Notes: generated from the letters alone by a model not told the origin. A stretch of DNA of 64,000 nucleotides from Candidatus Omnitrophota bacterium (GCA_945877765.1 CAMDWQ010000001.1:22253-86252); one strand, 5' to 3'. Numbered from the stretch's first letter, positions 39,101-49,343 are shown. Numbers and translations: made by a program.

Positions 39101-39383
39101 TCGCGCAGAAGCCATGGATCGTGCCGATATAAGCCGTCTCGAGCGCCCGACGGTCCTCTTCGCGGCCGGCCTGAATGAATTCTTTTACCAGCTGGCGCTT
39201 CATGTGGTTGGCGGCCGGCTCAGTGAATGTCAACGCCAGAATTCGATCGGGCGCCTGCTTAAGATCGATGACCGCATACTTAAAGCGGTTCACGAGCACC
39301 GACGTTTTTCCTGAGCCTGCACCCGCGCTGACGCAGATATCGGCGCCAAACGATGCGGCCGCTTCCTGCTGCTTAGAATTCAT
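36147..39383 (-). CDS. addA: AddA-like UvrD helicase/nuclease
   Basis: AGAGSGKT, GTIHGFC, VDEFQD, VGDPQQSIYAFR, SIHAAKGLEF, YVAVTRA, C-terminal GQID..LDYK. Confidence 0.92.
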   Translation of the reverse strand: MNSKQQEAAASFGADICVSAGAGSGKTSVLVNRFKYAVIDLKQAPDRILALTFTEPAANHMKRQLVKEFIQAGREEDRRALETAYIGTIHGFCARLLRENPIEAAVDPYFKVLSKAESDILMTKALDAAFEAHADSAVALEMLTERGEVSVRLAALRLYAHFRATGEDENILTIRSGLDRKPLEAKISQAFLEVIEIAGKNKKITANEAAAIEGARHIPKIFSAAFLDWRNFEAFRVIERSIQKRGSETFKEWVESFRKDAGAWKLAALGELFFPFKEEFLKIMHVFMENYENEKRLMAALDFEDLTLLAWKLLKGETPAKKAVRERYRNRFCHLLVDEFQDTSPLQAKLIDLLRSKNNLFLVGDPQQSIYAFRHAEPALFGHYEALAGKKITLDENYRSRFEVLDFVNHFFAVDAHGVFKALVPGKKFLLEVKGTIEPLCAFYGPDEKLKDLDEGREDEARLLAERILSLVRSGVCVEDGTLSGRPMKWGDVAILMRSAKKAQTYERALSRLGVPFYSPKSKSFFEKTEIKDLVSLLALLDHPDDDVALAAALRSPLASVSDDGLFWLARAAKKDDSRRRSLSRALDNLSTVEGLSEKDRLRVQVFVEFLESLRSVKNSFTVSSILEKILRWSDYECFALAGPDGIQRVANGRKLVEIARSLEEKMSLDAAEFVRYAKGMAERDETEEARIATDGSDAVFLSSIHAAKGLEFPVVAIANLGGQKKPKDRGLAIASTEGGLGWSWQDPLDERKKLNDEAYEVAANRMDEKEEEEEDRILYVAVTRAREHLLLCGAAPRETVSGNKNATWMERVLNLLGREKALSSSSISGESREPSVTTVEPVMPDVAKILERLHLPQKPYDAATDLSVSDLLAQASPKPPVYLEEPETIDPEDLERSPRNEYGTIYHRVMEMMTLGSPRGFIREDFLMKILSPLTSAEKDEIRESSAAFWKSPLGTSVKKSPACHPELPFIFKTPHGILKGQIDLVYREAGQWVILDYKTNQITSLESKKTAQEYEFQLGLYAFVFRELYGEAPVRGMLYFSTLNQTHEFVYSPESLEKVRERLLACFQQAADFRLY

Positions 39384-42375
39384 GGCCCCTCTTAGTTTCT
39401 ACGCGGCAAACCGCATCAAACTCGCAAAAAGTGCAGTCTTTCGGCTCCACAGCAATCTCGCCCGAACGAATCCGGCGCACCGCCAGCCGTACGCGCTCTT
39501 CGGTTTCATCCAGAAGCGTTTCGATCGCTTCCGGCGAAAGCTCGGGATTTTCCCGGCGTCCGCTTTTTAAAATACGATGTTCCAGGCCCGCCGGCTCAAG
39601 AGCCAAGAGACGGCGGATCGCTAGAAGATATAAAGGCAGTTGGATTTCTTCCCCGTTTTTAATTTTTTTTGCCAAGTTCCGGCTTGAGCGTTTGTAATCG
39701 ATCACCAGCGCTTTTTTTCCAGAGACATCCACATCCACTCGGTCGACGGAGCCGCGAATAAGAATCTCTCCGCTTTTATCAGACAGCCGCAGGTAGTCCG
39801 ATTTTCCTTTTCCAAAATCATATTCAAAATATTTTGGCCGCAGCTCACTCTCAGCTCCAAGCTCAAGCTTCACATATTTTTTCAGCATACGCCGCATCGA
39901 TTCACGCCAGGCAATCTGGCGGTAACGCGGCTGATCACGAAAAGGTCCGCCTTCAAAGTGGCGCAAAAATATTTTTTCAAGCTCCGTCTCCATGCGTTCG
40001 GGTTCCCGCAAATAGCGGCCCGAGGCGCGGTCTGTGGCAGAGAGATTCTCAAAATATTCACGCAACGTTTCATGCAAAAGTGTCCCCATCTGGGCATTTT
40101 CTCGCCCTTCGAGCGGCCCGTTCAATCCAAGCGCCTGCTCGGCAAAATAACGGAAGGGACAAAGCAGAAATGCCTCGAGCCCCGTCGCGCTAAACGGCAC
40201 AGCGGCCGAGGCCATTGCCTTGCGAACATCCGGATCTTTAAGACCCATCGTCTCTTGGGCTGCATACTCAACAGCCCTCTGTAGCATGGCCCGCGCTTTC
40301 CAACCCGTGGGCACAAGCTGTGCGAAATCATAGCGGGATCCTCCGCGAAAAAGAAGTGCTGCCAGGCCGCGTGCGACATCAGTTTCGGATTCCCACTCTT
40401 CCTGTTGGGGTAAAAAATTGGCAACGCCGCGCGTCTGCCGCTTCACGGTGTTTTCACCGAAACACGCCAGCACCTCCCCAATAAAAAAAGATTCAAGCGA
40501 CGGATTTCCATCGGAGTCATGCGTCGAATGCGTCAGGTAGAGTCTCTGCTTGGCGCGTGTAAGCGCCATGTAGAAAAAATAGCGCTCCCCCGACAAGCGC
40601 CAGGCGCGCTCATCTAGGACCGTGCCGCTGGCATTGATCACTCGTCTCTCGGCATCCTTAAATAGGGGGTCTTCGGTCACCGGCTGCGGAAATTTTTTTT
40701 CGACAAGATCGCATATAAACACAGCTTTATATTCTTTGGGCAGCGCCATCACCACATCGTATACCTGCACACGGTTACGACCACGAATCTTTGGGGAAAA
40801 AAGACTATTTTCGATCGCGGATAGAATCTCACGCGCGTATCGCGGCGGCTCAAACGGCGTGCCGGATTCCAAGTGTCTCTTGCGGCCCGTCATCAGAATC
40901 GATACCAGCGATCGCAAAGCCGCTTCATCAAGGGCCGAGCCGTCGTTGACCCTCAAGGAGGAAGCAAAAGACGTCGCCAACGCGCCAAAAACATGCGCGC
41001 TCGGTGCGGTTAGCAATTGATCTTCCAATTGAAGAAGCCAGTCGAGAAATTGACTGCCGGGTTTCGGTGTCTCGACGGACTGCGCCAGGCGTATCCAGTT
41101 TTCGCGGCCCTCGCGAATTCCTTCCCTTAAAGCCGCGCGTTCAAGCTCGAGTGAGTCCGCCAAGGGCAATCGCCCGCGCAAATAGCTGGATTTGGCTAGA
41201 TGCAGAACGTCCTCGCGTTTCCAGCCTTCGACGGCCAGCCGCAATAAGCGGTGAAACGAAACGGCCAAGCCGCTCTCCGAATATCGGCTTCTCTCATGAA
41301 TTTCTACCGGGACTTCATATTCGCCAAAAACGGTTTCGATCAACGCTTTTTGCCCGCTAACAGCGCGAAGAATCAAACAAATATCGCTGAAATGAAAGGA
41401 CTCTTCACGGTAAAGCCGGCGAATTTCCGCGGCAATCATCTCGTATTCGGTACGTAAAAAAGGGGCCGAGATCACGCTCAGAGGCGTTTCTTTTTCATAT
41501 TTTTCGGGACTTGGCGCAAATACACAACCAGCCAGGTGCCGCAATGCCGGATGGGAGGAGCGGTGATTTTCGGTAAAATCCGCCCTCTCTTTGAAGCCAA
41601 GGGCGGTCAGTGTACGACGAGTACGCTCAGGATAACTAAAAAGAACGGAGCCTGCCCGGTGCGCCTTATCCAGCGTGAGCGTCGCCACGGTATGCCCCGC
41701 CCAGCCAGCGACAAGCTTCAAGAGCTTTGTCTGGTAACGCGTGAAATGATAAAATCCATCAAAAATGACAAGCTCCGGCGCGCCGCCTGTCTCCTCAAAT
41801 GTCTCAAACGCCGCTAGGTCATCCTCCACTTCGGATAATCCAAGCTCCTTAAGCCGCGCGTCATACCGCTTGATCAACACCGAAAAATCCCTAAATTTTG
41901 ATCGAAAGACAGGATCTTTTAAAAGCGGCTGCGCGCGCTTTTCAAATTCAGCGACCGATAAAAGACCGGCTTTGAATTCGCGGATAGCCTCCAACGCTAA
42001 TTCTTGAAATCCACGTAGTTTCAGCGAATCGCGAAAATAACCATAAATGCTATCCCCTTTGTCATCTTGAGCTGACAAAACTTCCTCCAAAACCAAACGG
42101 CGGGTCGAGTCGGTGGGCCGCCCTCCGGCGGAGGCACGCAAAACACGGTCGGCCAGGTCAGCAATCGTGATAATGTGGGCATTAAACAAACCTGGTACAT
42201 CTTTTTTCAAGACTAAGCTCTGGATACGTTCCGCGTGCTCGCGGCTGGGCAGGATAAAAAAAGACCGGCTATCGATGCCGGCGCCTGACTTGGAAACTTG
42301 CTCACGGAAGAGATCGATGCAGTAAGTGGTTTTGCCAGTGCCGGGAGGCGACACAAGAAGCTCAAGCTTAGGCAT
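39373..42375 (-). CDS. addB: AddB-like subunit with PD-(D/E)xK nuclease and Fe-S cysteines
   Basis: PPGTGKT, CPFRYF, GSVDRVD, IDYK, QLPLY, CTFCEFDAVC. Confidence 0.88.
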   Translation of the reverse strand: MPKLELLVSPPGTGKTTYCIDLFREQVSKSGAGIDSRSFFILPSREHAERIQSLVLKKDVPGLFNAHIITIADLADRVLRASAGGRPTDSTRRLVLEEVLSAQDDKGDSIYGYFRDSLKLRGFQELALEAIREFKAGLLSVAEFEKRAQPLLKDPVFRSKFRDFSVLIKRYDARLKELGLSEVEDDLAAFETFEETGGAPELVIFDGFYHFTRYQTKLLKLVAGWAGHTVATLTLDKAHRAGSVLFSYPERTRRTLTALGFKERADFTENHRSSHPALRHLAGCVFAPSPEKYEKETPLSVISAPFLRTEYEMIAAEIRRLYREESFHFSDICLILRAVSGQKALIETVFGEYEVPVEIHERSRYSESGLAVSFHRLLRLAVEGWKREDVLHLAKSSYLRGRLPLADSLELERAALREGIREGRENWIRLAQSVETPKPGSQFLDWLLQLEDQLLTAPSAHVFGALATSFASSLRVNDGSALDEAALRSLVSILMTGRKRHLESGTPFEPPRYAREILSAIENSLFSPKIRGRNRVQVYDVVMALPKEYKAVFICDLVEKKFPQPVTEDPLFKDAERRVINASGTVLDERAWRLSGERYFFYMALTRAKQRLYLTHSTHDSDGNPSLESFFIGEVLACFGENTVKRQTRGVANFLPQQEEWESETDVARGLAALLFRGGSRYDFAQLVPTGWKARAMLQRAVEYAAQETMGLKDPDVRKAMASAAVPFSATGLEAFLLCPFRYFAEQALGLNGPLEGRENAQMGTLLHETLREYFENLSATDRASGRYLREPERMETELEKIFLRHFEGGPFRDQPRYRQIAWRESMRRMLKKYVKLELGAESELRPKYFEYDFGKGKSDYLRLSDKSGEILIRGSVDRVDVDVSGKKALVIDYKRSSRNLAKKIKNGEEIQLPLYLLAIRRLLALEPAGLEHRILKSGRRENPELSPEAIETLLDETEERVRLAVRRIRSGEIAVEPKDCTFCEFDAVCRVETKRGHEF

Positions 42376-42431
42376 TAGAAACTCCCCTTTGGATCAAAAT
42401 TATACTTGGAAATGAGAAGGCGGGAAACAAA

Positions 42432-42458
42432 AAAGAAGCCTTAAAAAAAGGCTTCTTT
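42432..42458 (-). terminator. Intrinsic terminator after the ComFB-family gene
   Basis: aaagaagcctt-N5-aaggcttcttt with a T-run on the minus strand. Confidence 0.6.
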
Positions 42459-42481
42459 GGGAAAAATAGTAGCGGTTAAAT

Positions 42482-42772
42482 TTACTTACGGGGGTGAGAC
42501 TTAACGATATCAATCGCCGCACGCAGTTCTCGCACGACATCTTTTTCAACCTTATCTTCCACAACAATTTTACGCACAAAATTTTTGCCAGTAGCACTGG
42601 TGACATACATAGGCCAGAGACGATTGAGCGCCAAAGCCTTAACATCTTCAATGGCATCGGCAGAAAGACGCGCACGGTCCTTGGCAAGCAAATCATCCAG
42701 GACGCTTCCGGCCAGCTCTTCCATATAATTAGTCAGGCGAGTATTTTTTTGTTTTTTAGCGTTGGCTAGCAT
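42482..42772 (-). CDS. ComFB family protein
   Basis: NYMEELA...DVKALALNRLWPMYV...IVKSHPR signature. Confidence 0.8.
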   Translation of the reverse strand: MLANAKKQKNTRLTNYMEELAGSVLDDLLAKDRARLSADAIEDVKALALNRLWPMYVTSATGKNFVRKIVVEDKVEKDVVRELRAAIDIVKSHPRK

Positions 42773-42836
42773 TGTGTTTTTCCTTTTCGATGTGAGTATA
42801 CACTATCTTTTATGAAAATACAAATAAGCCTAAAAA

Positions 42837-44591
42837 TTAATTTTTCCAAGAGGTAAGAGCAACAGGAAAAGGCTCTCCTGGCCGGGCCAAGTAATACCCC
42901 TGCCCAAGATTGATGCCGCACATACGGGCCGCCTCACACTCTTCCCGGCTCTCAATCCCCTCCGCTACCGTGGTCGCGCCAATTCCTTTGGCAAATAAAA
43001 TTAGCGACATAAGAATCTGCTGTTTTGTTGTACTAACATCAATCTGACGAATCAATGAGCGGTCAAACTTAATGTAATCAGGCTTGAGTTGAGCAACATC
43101 CCTTAAACTTACTGCCCCGCCACCGACATCATCAATGGCAACCGAAACACCCTGCTCCTTAAGTTCTGCCAGCGCAACACGAATCTTATCAAATGAACGC
43201 AAAATGCTCTGTTCGGTAATCTCAATGACAATATTCTTAAAACCAATCGCCCCTTTGTCCTTAAAAAGCTTGCTCATTTCTGCACGATCCAGGAGCGTTT
43301 CATGATTAAGATTTAGAAATAACTTCAGGTTCTGCGCCATCGCTTGGGCTCGCTTCAGAGCAAACTCTACGCACATGCAATCCAGCTCTTTGACATGGTT
43401 CGTTTGCCGGGCCATCCCGAAAAGTGTGGAAGCTTCGTTGGACGGGTAATGAAGGATGGGTCTTGAAAGCGCTTCATAACCCACCACGCACTTCTGCTTA
43501 AAATCCACCAGCGGCTGATAAAGCGTCTGTATTTTTTTTTCTTTTAAAATCGCATAAAAAAAAGCCGCGTACTGATCGGGATTGGTGGTCGATCCGGGAA
43601 TAACCACGCTCTTCATATTTCCAGGAAAATGAACTTCGTGGGTATTTTCGGGGGTCGCTTTTACGGATTTTTTTTGAATCGGACGGTACAGCGAATAACA
43701 ACTCCCGGGCATCGTACGCATGGTTTTGGCAAGCTCCCCGGCGATACAGCTTATTTCTGACGCCTCCTTGAAACTAATTTTGGCGTTATCTACGACAGCC
43801 GCTGAAAGACTCATAATTGGAAACCGCTTGAGCTCACCCTCTGAGTTACGCTGCACTAGGTGACCGCGCTCACGATCCTCGGTATCATAGAAGCCTGCAA
43901 CCTCCGAGTCAAAATTTTGAATCACCGCTTCGCATAGGGGCACTGAACATTCCGGCGTTGTCAAAATAATAAAATCATCTCCCCCTAGATGGCCCAAAAA
44001 ATTCTTGGGCTCCCCATAAAGACGGATCGCTTTTTTTAGGATTTCACTGGTACGGATAATGATTTCATCGCCGCGAGAGTCGCCGTAGGCCTTATTAAAG
44101 GCGGCCAGGCCCGTCAGATCAATACAAACAACGGAGTATTTTTTTTTCGATTCAATCGCCTGCTCTAAACGTAGAATCGTGGAGCGCGTTCCTGGTAAAT
44201 GGGTAAGAGGATTGACATCCATCTCGTTAGAACTTTTTTTAAGAACTTGGCGAATAGATCCAGCCAGGAACTTAACGTCATTACTTTTTTCAAAAAAATC
44301 CTCAATCACCATCATTTCTTTAATTAAAAGCGTTTCCTTCTTCTCTAATACAAGCACAATTGGAATGTATTTGAGCACGATGTCTTGTTTGAAACTAAGA
44401 GCTAACTGTTTTCCCTTGAGTCCATCATGAGCTTCATCCACAACAATCAGATGGGGCACTTCATCAAATACTGCCTGAAGAATCCCTTCTTTTTTGGGAT
44501 TAAAAATCTCAAAAACCGTCTTGCCAAGATTTTTGACAAGCGATTTAAGCAGTCCCTTGTCGTCTGTGACGACCAAAATCTTAGTTTTCAT
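42837..44591 (-). CDS. Degenerate receiver + GGDEF + EAL protein
   Basis: NPLTHLPG, GHLGGDDF, YQP..YEALSR, IEITE, DDVG, IKFDRS, AEGIE, QGYY. Confidence 0.9.
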   Translation of the reverse strand: MKTKILVVTDDKGLLKSLVKNLGKTVFEIFNPKKEGILQAVFDEVPHLIVVDEAHDGLKGKQLALSFKQDIVLKYIPIVLVLEKKETLLIKEMMVIEDFFEKSNDVKFLAGSIRQVLKKSSNEMDVNPLTHLPGTRSTILRLEQAIESKKKYSVVCIDLTGLAAFNKAYGDSRGDEIIIRTSEILKKAIRLYGEPKNFLGHLGGDDFIILTTPECSVPLCEAVIQNFDSEVAGFYDTEDRERGHLVQRNSEGELKRFPIMSLSAAVVDNAKISFKEASEISCIAGELAKTMRTMPGSCYSLYRPIQKKSVKATPENTHEVHFPGNMKSVVIPGSTTNPDQYAAFFYAILKEKKIQTLYQPLVDFKQKCVVGYEALSRPILHYPSNEASTLFGMARQTNHVKELDCMCVEFALKRAQAMAQNLKLFLNLNHETLLDRAEMSKLFKDKGAIGFKNIVIEITEQSILRSFDKIRVALAELKEQGVSVAIDDVGGGAVSLRDVAQLKPDYIKFDRSLIRQIDVSTTKQQILMSLILFAKGIGATTVAEGIESREECEAARMCGINLGQGYYLARPGEPFPVALTSWKN

Positions 44592-46519
44592 ATCGCCTCA
44601 TCTATTTTTACAATAATCAATGTAATGTCATCATGTTGCTCGGCTTTCCCCATAAATTGATCGAGGTCCTCCACGACCCGCTTGGCAATATTTTCTGCCG
44701 TCTCTGAGCGTCCAATAGCCAGAACCTTCTGAAGTCTCTGCACATCGTATTCTTCCTTACGACGATTTCTTGCCTCGCTAACCCCATCCGAATAGAAAGC
44801 AAATGCATCGCCCGCATGGAGCGGATAGGTGGAATTAGCAAAGGCGACTCCCTCCATCACCCCAATGGGCATCCCCTCTTCGGCGCTCAGAAGCTGGCTA
44901 ACACCAGAAATACTCACAGCCGCTACCGGCAAGTGGCCTCCATTAGAAAGCATCATTTTTTTGTCCACTAGGTCAAATATCGCATAACTCATCGTCACAA
45001 ACAAGCCCCCCGTTGTTTCGGAGGCGATGGCATTGTTCACCTGCTCTAGAGCACCGGCTGGTTCCTGACGGTCACGCGCAGAAAACTTAAATTCAGAGAC
45101 TGTTTTTGCCATAAAAAGAGCAGCGGGAGTGCCCTTACCGGAAACATCGCCCACCATGACACCAATCTTGCCTTCGGGTGCTAGATTTACAAACGAGTAT
45201 AAATCGCCGCCAACAGCCTTGGCGGGTCTAAAATGCACAGCGATCGAGAGGCCTTTGACTTGCGGCATGGACTCAGGCAAAAAACTCTTTTGTATTTGGC
45301 TGGCAATTTTAAGCTCGCTTTCTATCAGCTCTCGTTTTTTCATTTCTAAAAGAACGCGTGAGAGCGTGGTGCTGGCATAGAGCGCCGCAAACACCACCAT
45401 TGGATAAAAAAGATCGATCCACCAACCCGCCGTGCAAAACAATATAACGGACACTACGGCAAAAAAGCTCATGACACTCAACGCGCCTAAAAGCGCTCGG
45501 GCAGGCTTAAAACCAGCGGAGATACGATTGATTAAAAAACCAACCAAAACTAGAAGCGCTAAATTAATCCCGCGGCTAGCTCGATGGATAAAATCCCTTT
45601 GAAGGATATCGTTTAAAATATTGGCATAGGAACCTACCATGGGATAAACCGATTGAATCGGTATCGGGCTGGTATCGTGCGAACCTTGTGACGTCAAACC
45701 CACGATACAAATTTTTCCTTTTAACAAATTCAAATCAATGCGGGGTTTCCGGCCCTCTGCCGCCTGAGCATAGGAATAAATAACGTCCAGATAGGAATAA
45801 TGCTGAAATGTCGTTTCCCAGGATCCGGCATAAGTGATGATAAAGCAGCTATCTTCATCTAAGGGAATACGGTGAGCGGGTGAAAGCTCAATGCATTGCC
45901 CCGGTTTGAATATTATGCTTTCCTCACCCTGGCCCACTAAATCGGCAGCCGCGCGAAAAGCTAATTGAAAATAATTTTTTCCTTCAAAGGAGATGACCGG
46001 TACCGTACGGCGTCGCTTACCGTCTATATCCGCCTTGGCATTCACGAATCCCACGCCTTTTGCCGCCTGCCGATACCCGGGCACAAGATCGGATTCTAAA
46101 CGCGTGGCTGTAAAAATATTTTTGCGGCGCTTAGGGTCTGCAAACGCGAAAGCAAAGTAAATATTTTGAGCTTTTTTGGCGGCATCAATCACCGCCTGAT
46201 CGTGCTCCCGCGGGTCGGCAAATAGAATATCAAATAGGACAGCTTTGGCACCGGACTGCTCAAGCACTTGAATTAAATTTGCATGATATTCGCGGTCAAA
46301 CGGCCAAGCACCCAGTTCTTTCAATGAATCATTCCATATATCAATCAGGATTATTTCGCTGCTTACAGGGCGAGGCCCGCGAAGTTGGCAGCGCCAATCA
46401 AAAGTCTGAAGCTCGTAAAGCTCAAAGCTGCGAAAATAAGACCCAAGCGCTGCCAATAGCAAGGCAAATACAACAAGGACATACCACGTATATTTTCTAG
46501 AAAACGACAGGAATCCCAA
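44588..46519 (-). CDS. CHASE2 sensor + TM + SpoIIE/PP2C phosphatase (RsbU-like)
   Basis: LGAWPFDR, DIDGKRR; IQKSFLP, VGGDLY, GDVSGKG, YSDGVSEA, DDIT. Confidence 0.92.
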   Translation of the reverse strand: MGFLSFSRKYTWYVLVVFALLLAALGSYFRSFELYELQTFDWRCQLRGPRPVSSEIILIDIWNDSLKELGAWPFDREYHANLIQVLEQSGAKAVLFDILFADPREHDQAVIDAAKKAQNIYFAFAFADPKRRKNIFTATRLESDLVPGYRQAAKGVGFVNAKADIDGKRRRTVPVISFEGKNYFQLAFRAAADLVGQGEESIIFKPGQCIELSPAHRIPLDEDSCFIITYAGSWETTFQHYSYLDVIYSYAQAAEGRKPRIDLNLLKGKICIVGLTSQGSHDTSPIPIQSVYPMVGSYANILNDILQRDFIHRASRGINLALLVLVGFLINRISAGFKPARALLGALSVMSFFAVVSVILFCTAGWWIDLFYPMVVFAALYASTTLSRVLLEMKKRELIESELKIASQIQKSFLPESMPQVKGLSIAVHFRPAKAVGGDLYSFVNLAPEGKIGVMVGDVSGKGTPAALFMAKTVSEFKFSARDRQEPAGALEQVNNAIASETTGGLFVTMSYAIFDLVDKKMMLSNGGHLPVAAVSISGVSQLLSAEEGMPIGVMEGVAFANSTYPLHAGDAFAFYSDGVSEARNRRKEEYDVQRLQKVLAIGRSETAENIAKRVVEDLDQFMGKAEQHDDITLIIVKIDEAI

Positions 46520-46541
46520 GGTGATTTAGGTTTTCTTTTGG

Positions 46542-47327
46542 CTAAGTTTTTTTGCCGGGTATAAAATTTTGTTTGGTGCTGGACGCGGCGATGGTTGTCT
46601 CTGCCGCCGAAAGCTCTGGGGTTTCCAGTTGGGTAGCAGCGAGTGATTTCTTGTGCGCTAAAAGCCGCTGGGCGCGCTCTCGATCCATCTCTTCCCGGCT
46701 CATTTCTTTTCCTTTGAGAAGCACTTTCCACGGATGGTGTTTGACGTCATCGCTAAAATCGCGGAAATTGCTGGAGGTTTCATCAAAATTTTCCATCATG
46801 CTGTTAATTCTGGGGCGGTTTTCGACCACAATCTCATCGACATGCTTGGCAACCAAACCGATATCCTGAGTTGTTTTGCTAATATCACCGGCAACTTTTT
46901 TTCCAATCTCCACCAATTCTTCCATGCGGAATGGTTCCGTACTTCCAATCGCATCCCCTTCTTTGGCGTATTCAGGAGAGGTCGTGCCTGATTTAATCTC
47001 GATATACTTTTCACCCATCAATCCGAAGGTAGATGCCATCGCAGAAGAATCGAGGCGGATATTAACCCCCTCCCGAATCCAAAGATCCAGTTCCACCAGC
47101 GTTTCCTGACCATACAAAAGACGGATATCCTTGACTTCCCCAACCTCGACTCCCGACAAACAGACGGGCGCGTGTTTTTTGACCCCTCCGGTATAGTGAA
47201 ATTGAGTTTTTAATAGATAACCTTTTTTGACCCAGGTAATCTTTCCTACGCGAATCGCCAGCGCGCCAAACGCGACAACGCAAACAACAACAAAAATACC
47301 CGTTTTGAGCTCATTACTTATTTTCAT
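46542..47327 (-). CDS. mlaD: MCE/MlaD family substrate-binding protein
   Basis: N-terminal TM; APVCLSGVEVGEV, GLMGEKYIEI. Confidence 0.88.
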   Translation of the reverse strand: MKISNELKTGIFVVVCVVAFGALAIRVGKITWVKKGYLLKTQFHYTGGVKKHAPVCLSGVEVGEVKDIRLLYGQETLVELDLWIREGVNIRLDSSAMASTFGLMGEKYIEIKSGTTSPEYAKEGDAIGSTEPFRMEELVEIGKKVAGDISKTTQDIGLVAKHVDEIVVENRPRINSMMENFDETSSNFRDFSDDVKHHPWKVLLKGKEMSREEMDRERAQRLLAHKKSLAATQLETPELSAAETTIAASSTKQNFIPGKKT

Positions 47328-47361
47328 TCCCTCGCCCCTCCGGTTTAATCCTATAGAAAAA

Positions 47362-48186
47362 TTAAGACTGCTTCAACTCCGTTGTTAGTTGCTCCAAATA
47401 ATCATCACCCTTTTGCACAAACGATATCGGTCCCTCTGCTTCTCCGGTAATAAATTGTTCAACGATTGGATTTTTCGAGTTCCTTATCTCCTGGGGAGTC
47501 CCAATTTGAATGATGTTGCCCTCGTGCAACATGACGATACGATCCGCGATACGAAACACGCTATTCATGTCATGGGTGACCACGACCGACGTCATGTGAA
47601 GCTTCTTGGTCAAATCCATCGTTAACTTGTCGACGACACCGGTCATCACCGGGTCCAAGCCCGCCGTCGGCTCATCATAAAACACAATCGTCGGATCAAG
47701 GACGATCGCGCGCGCCAACCCTACCCTTTTTTTCATGCCGCCCGAAAGCTGTGAAGGCATCAGGTTCTCAAATCCGCGTAGGCCGACAAGCTCAAGCTTC
47801 ATTTTTACCACGATGCTGATAACGCTGTTGTCTAGCTTGGTGTGCTCGCGCAGCGGCAACGCAATATTCTCCCCTACCGATAGGGAATCAAATAAAGCGC
47901 CGGACTGAAAAAGCATGCCGAATTTTTTACGAATCTCATCCATCTGGTCTTCGCTGGCTTTGGCGATATTTTTCCCAAACATCCAAACCTCACCCGAATC
48001 AGGGCGAATAGACCCAATCAAATGCCGCAAAAAAGTACTTTTCCCACAACCCGAACCGCCCATGATGACTATCGTCTCTCCCTGAAAAATATCCAAGGAG
48101 ACATCATTAAGAATACGGCGCGAACCAAAATTTTTAATTACATTCTTGACGCTGATGACGATTTCTTTTTTTTGGGGTGTGGTCAT
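47362..48186 (-). CDS. mlaF: MlaF/Mkl ABC ATPase
   Basis: GGSGCGKS, FQSGALFDS, LSGGMKKRVGLAR, DEPTAGLDP. Confidence 0.93.
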   Translation of the reverse strand: MTTPQKKEIVISVKNVIKNFGSRRILNDVSLDIFQGETIVIMGGSGCGKSTFLRHLIGSIRPDSGEVWMFGKNIAKASEDQMDEIRKKFGMLFQSGALFDSLSVGENIALPLREHTKLDNSVISIVVKMKLELVGLRGFENLMPSQLSGGMKKRVGLARAIVLDPTIVFYDEPTAGLDPVMTGVVDKLTMDLTKKLHMTSVVVTHDMNSVFRIADRIVMLHEGNIIQIGTPQEIRNSKNPIVEQFITGEAEGPISFVQKGDDYLEQLTTELKQS

Positions 48187-48983
48187 GACTTGGCGAAGTA
48201 GAAAATGAGGGTTAAGACCGCATCCGCTAGAATGATAAGAATGAACGAGGTGACTACACTCTGAGTGGTGGATCGCCCGACTCCCTCAGCCCCACCCTCT
48301 GTAGAAATGCCTTTGTGACAAGCGATCAAGGAAATGATCATGCTAAAAACCGCGCTTTTAAGCAGCCCTGTGTTGATGTCTTTTAATGTTAAAAAGCGAA
48401 TCGTTGTATCAAAGTAGAGGCCTGGAGTAATGTGAAGCTGGGTCGTACCGATAAGGTACCCGCCATACATACCGACAATATTTCCTAAGATCACAAGACA
48501 CGGAAGCATAAATAGAAGCGCTAAAAAACGGGGCGCCACCAAATACCGTACGGGATTGAGGCTTAGCGTTTCCAATGCCTCCATCTGCTCGGTAACTTTC
48601 ATCGTCGCAAGCTCAGCCGTGATCGCCGCTCCCACACGACCCGCGATGACAAGCGATGTCAGAACCGGGCCTATTTCACGCGTCATTGAAACAGCCACAA
48701 GTGCCGCGACATAAATAGTGGCCCCCATTTGCTCTAGCTGATAGGCCGATTGCATCGCAAGAACCATGCCGATAAAAAGATTCACAAAGAACACAATCAC
48801 CATCGAATCCAGTCCCGCAAAAACAGTTTGCGCAAAAAAACTTTTGCGTGAAACTGCTTTTTTCTTAAAAGGACCGGCAAAAATCCAATACAACGTCTGA
48901 AAGAAAAGCTTTATAACCAGAGCGGTTTCTTTGAGAAGTGAGAGAGTGCCGCCCCCAATGGATTCAAAAAGGGAGAGGTTCAT
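48183..48983 (-). CDS. mlaE: MlaE permease
   Basis: REIGPVLT, AGRVGAAITAELATMKVTEQ, GGAEGVG. Confidence 0.93.
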   Translation of the reverse strand: MNLSLFESIGGGTLSLLKETALVIKLFFQTLYWIFAGPFKKKAVSRKSFFAQTVFAGLDSMVIVFFVNLFIGMVLAMQSAYQLEQMGATIYVAALVAVSMTREIGPVLTSLVIAGRVGAAITAELATMKVTEQMEALETLSLNPVRYLVAPRFLALLFMLPCLVILGNIVGMYGGYLIGTTQLHITPGLYFDTTIRFLTLKDINTGLLKSAVFSMIISLIACHKGISTEGGAEGVGRSTTQSVVTSFILIILADAVLTLIFYFAKS

Positions 48984-49306
48984 TTAATTTTTGCGATGGC
49001 CTCGTCTTGAGCGGCAAAAATTGAAAAAAGCTTATCCAATTTTGTAATTTCAAAAAGGCTCTTCACTTTTTCAGACATACCCGCCAGGCCTAAAGCACCT
49101 CCCTGAGAACGTGTTTTTTTGAGAATCTCAACGAGCGTTGCCAGTCCTGAGCTGTCGATATACGATACTTTTTCAAGATTGACGACAATTTTTTTAGAAG
49201 AGATTTTCTCAAAATGATTTTTTAGGGCAGGGGAGGTGCTAATATTAATCTCGCCATTGACCTGAAATACCGCGATTTCTTCGATTTGTAGAACCTTTAC
49301 ATCCAT
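48980..49306 (-). CDS. STAS domain protein (RsbV/SpoIIAA-like; in the MlaB position)
   Basis: VSYIDSSGLATL, FEITKL. Confidence 0.9.
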   Translation of the reverse strand: MDVKVLQIEEIAVFQVNGEINISTSPALKNHFEKISSKKIVVNLEKVSYIDSSGLATLVEILKKTRSQGGALGLAGMSEKVKSLFEITKLDKLFSIFAAQDEAIAKIK

Positions 49307-49343
49307 AAAATCTCCCCCTTTTTAAGAAATAAAAACGTTTATT

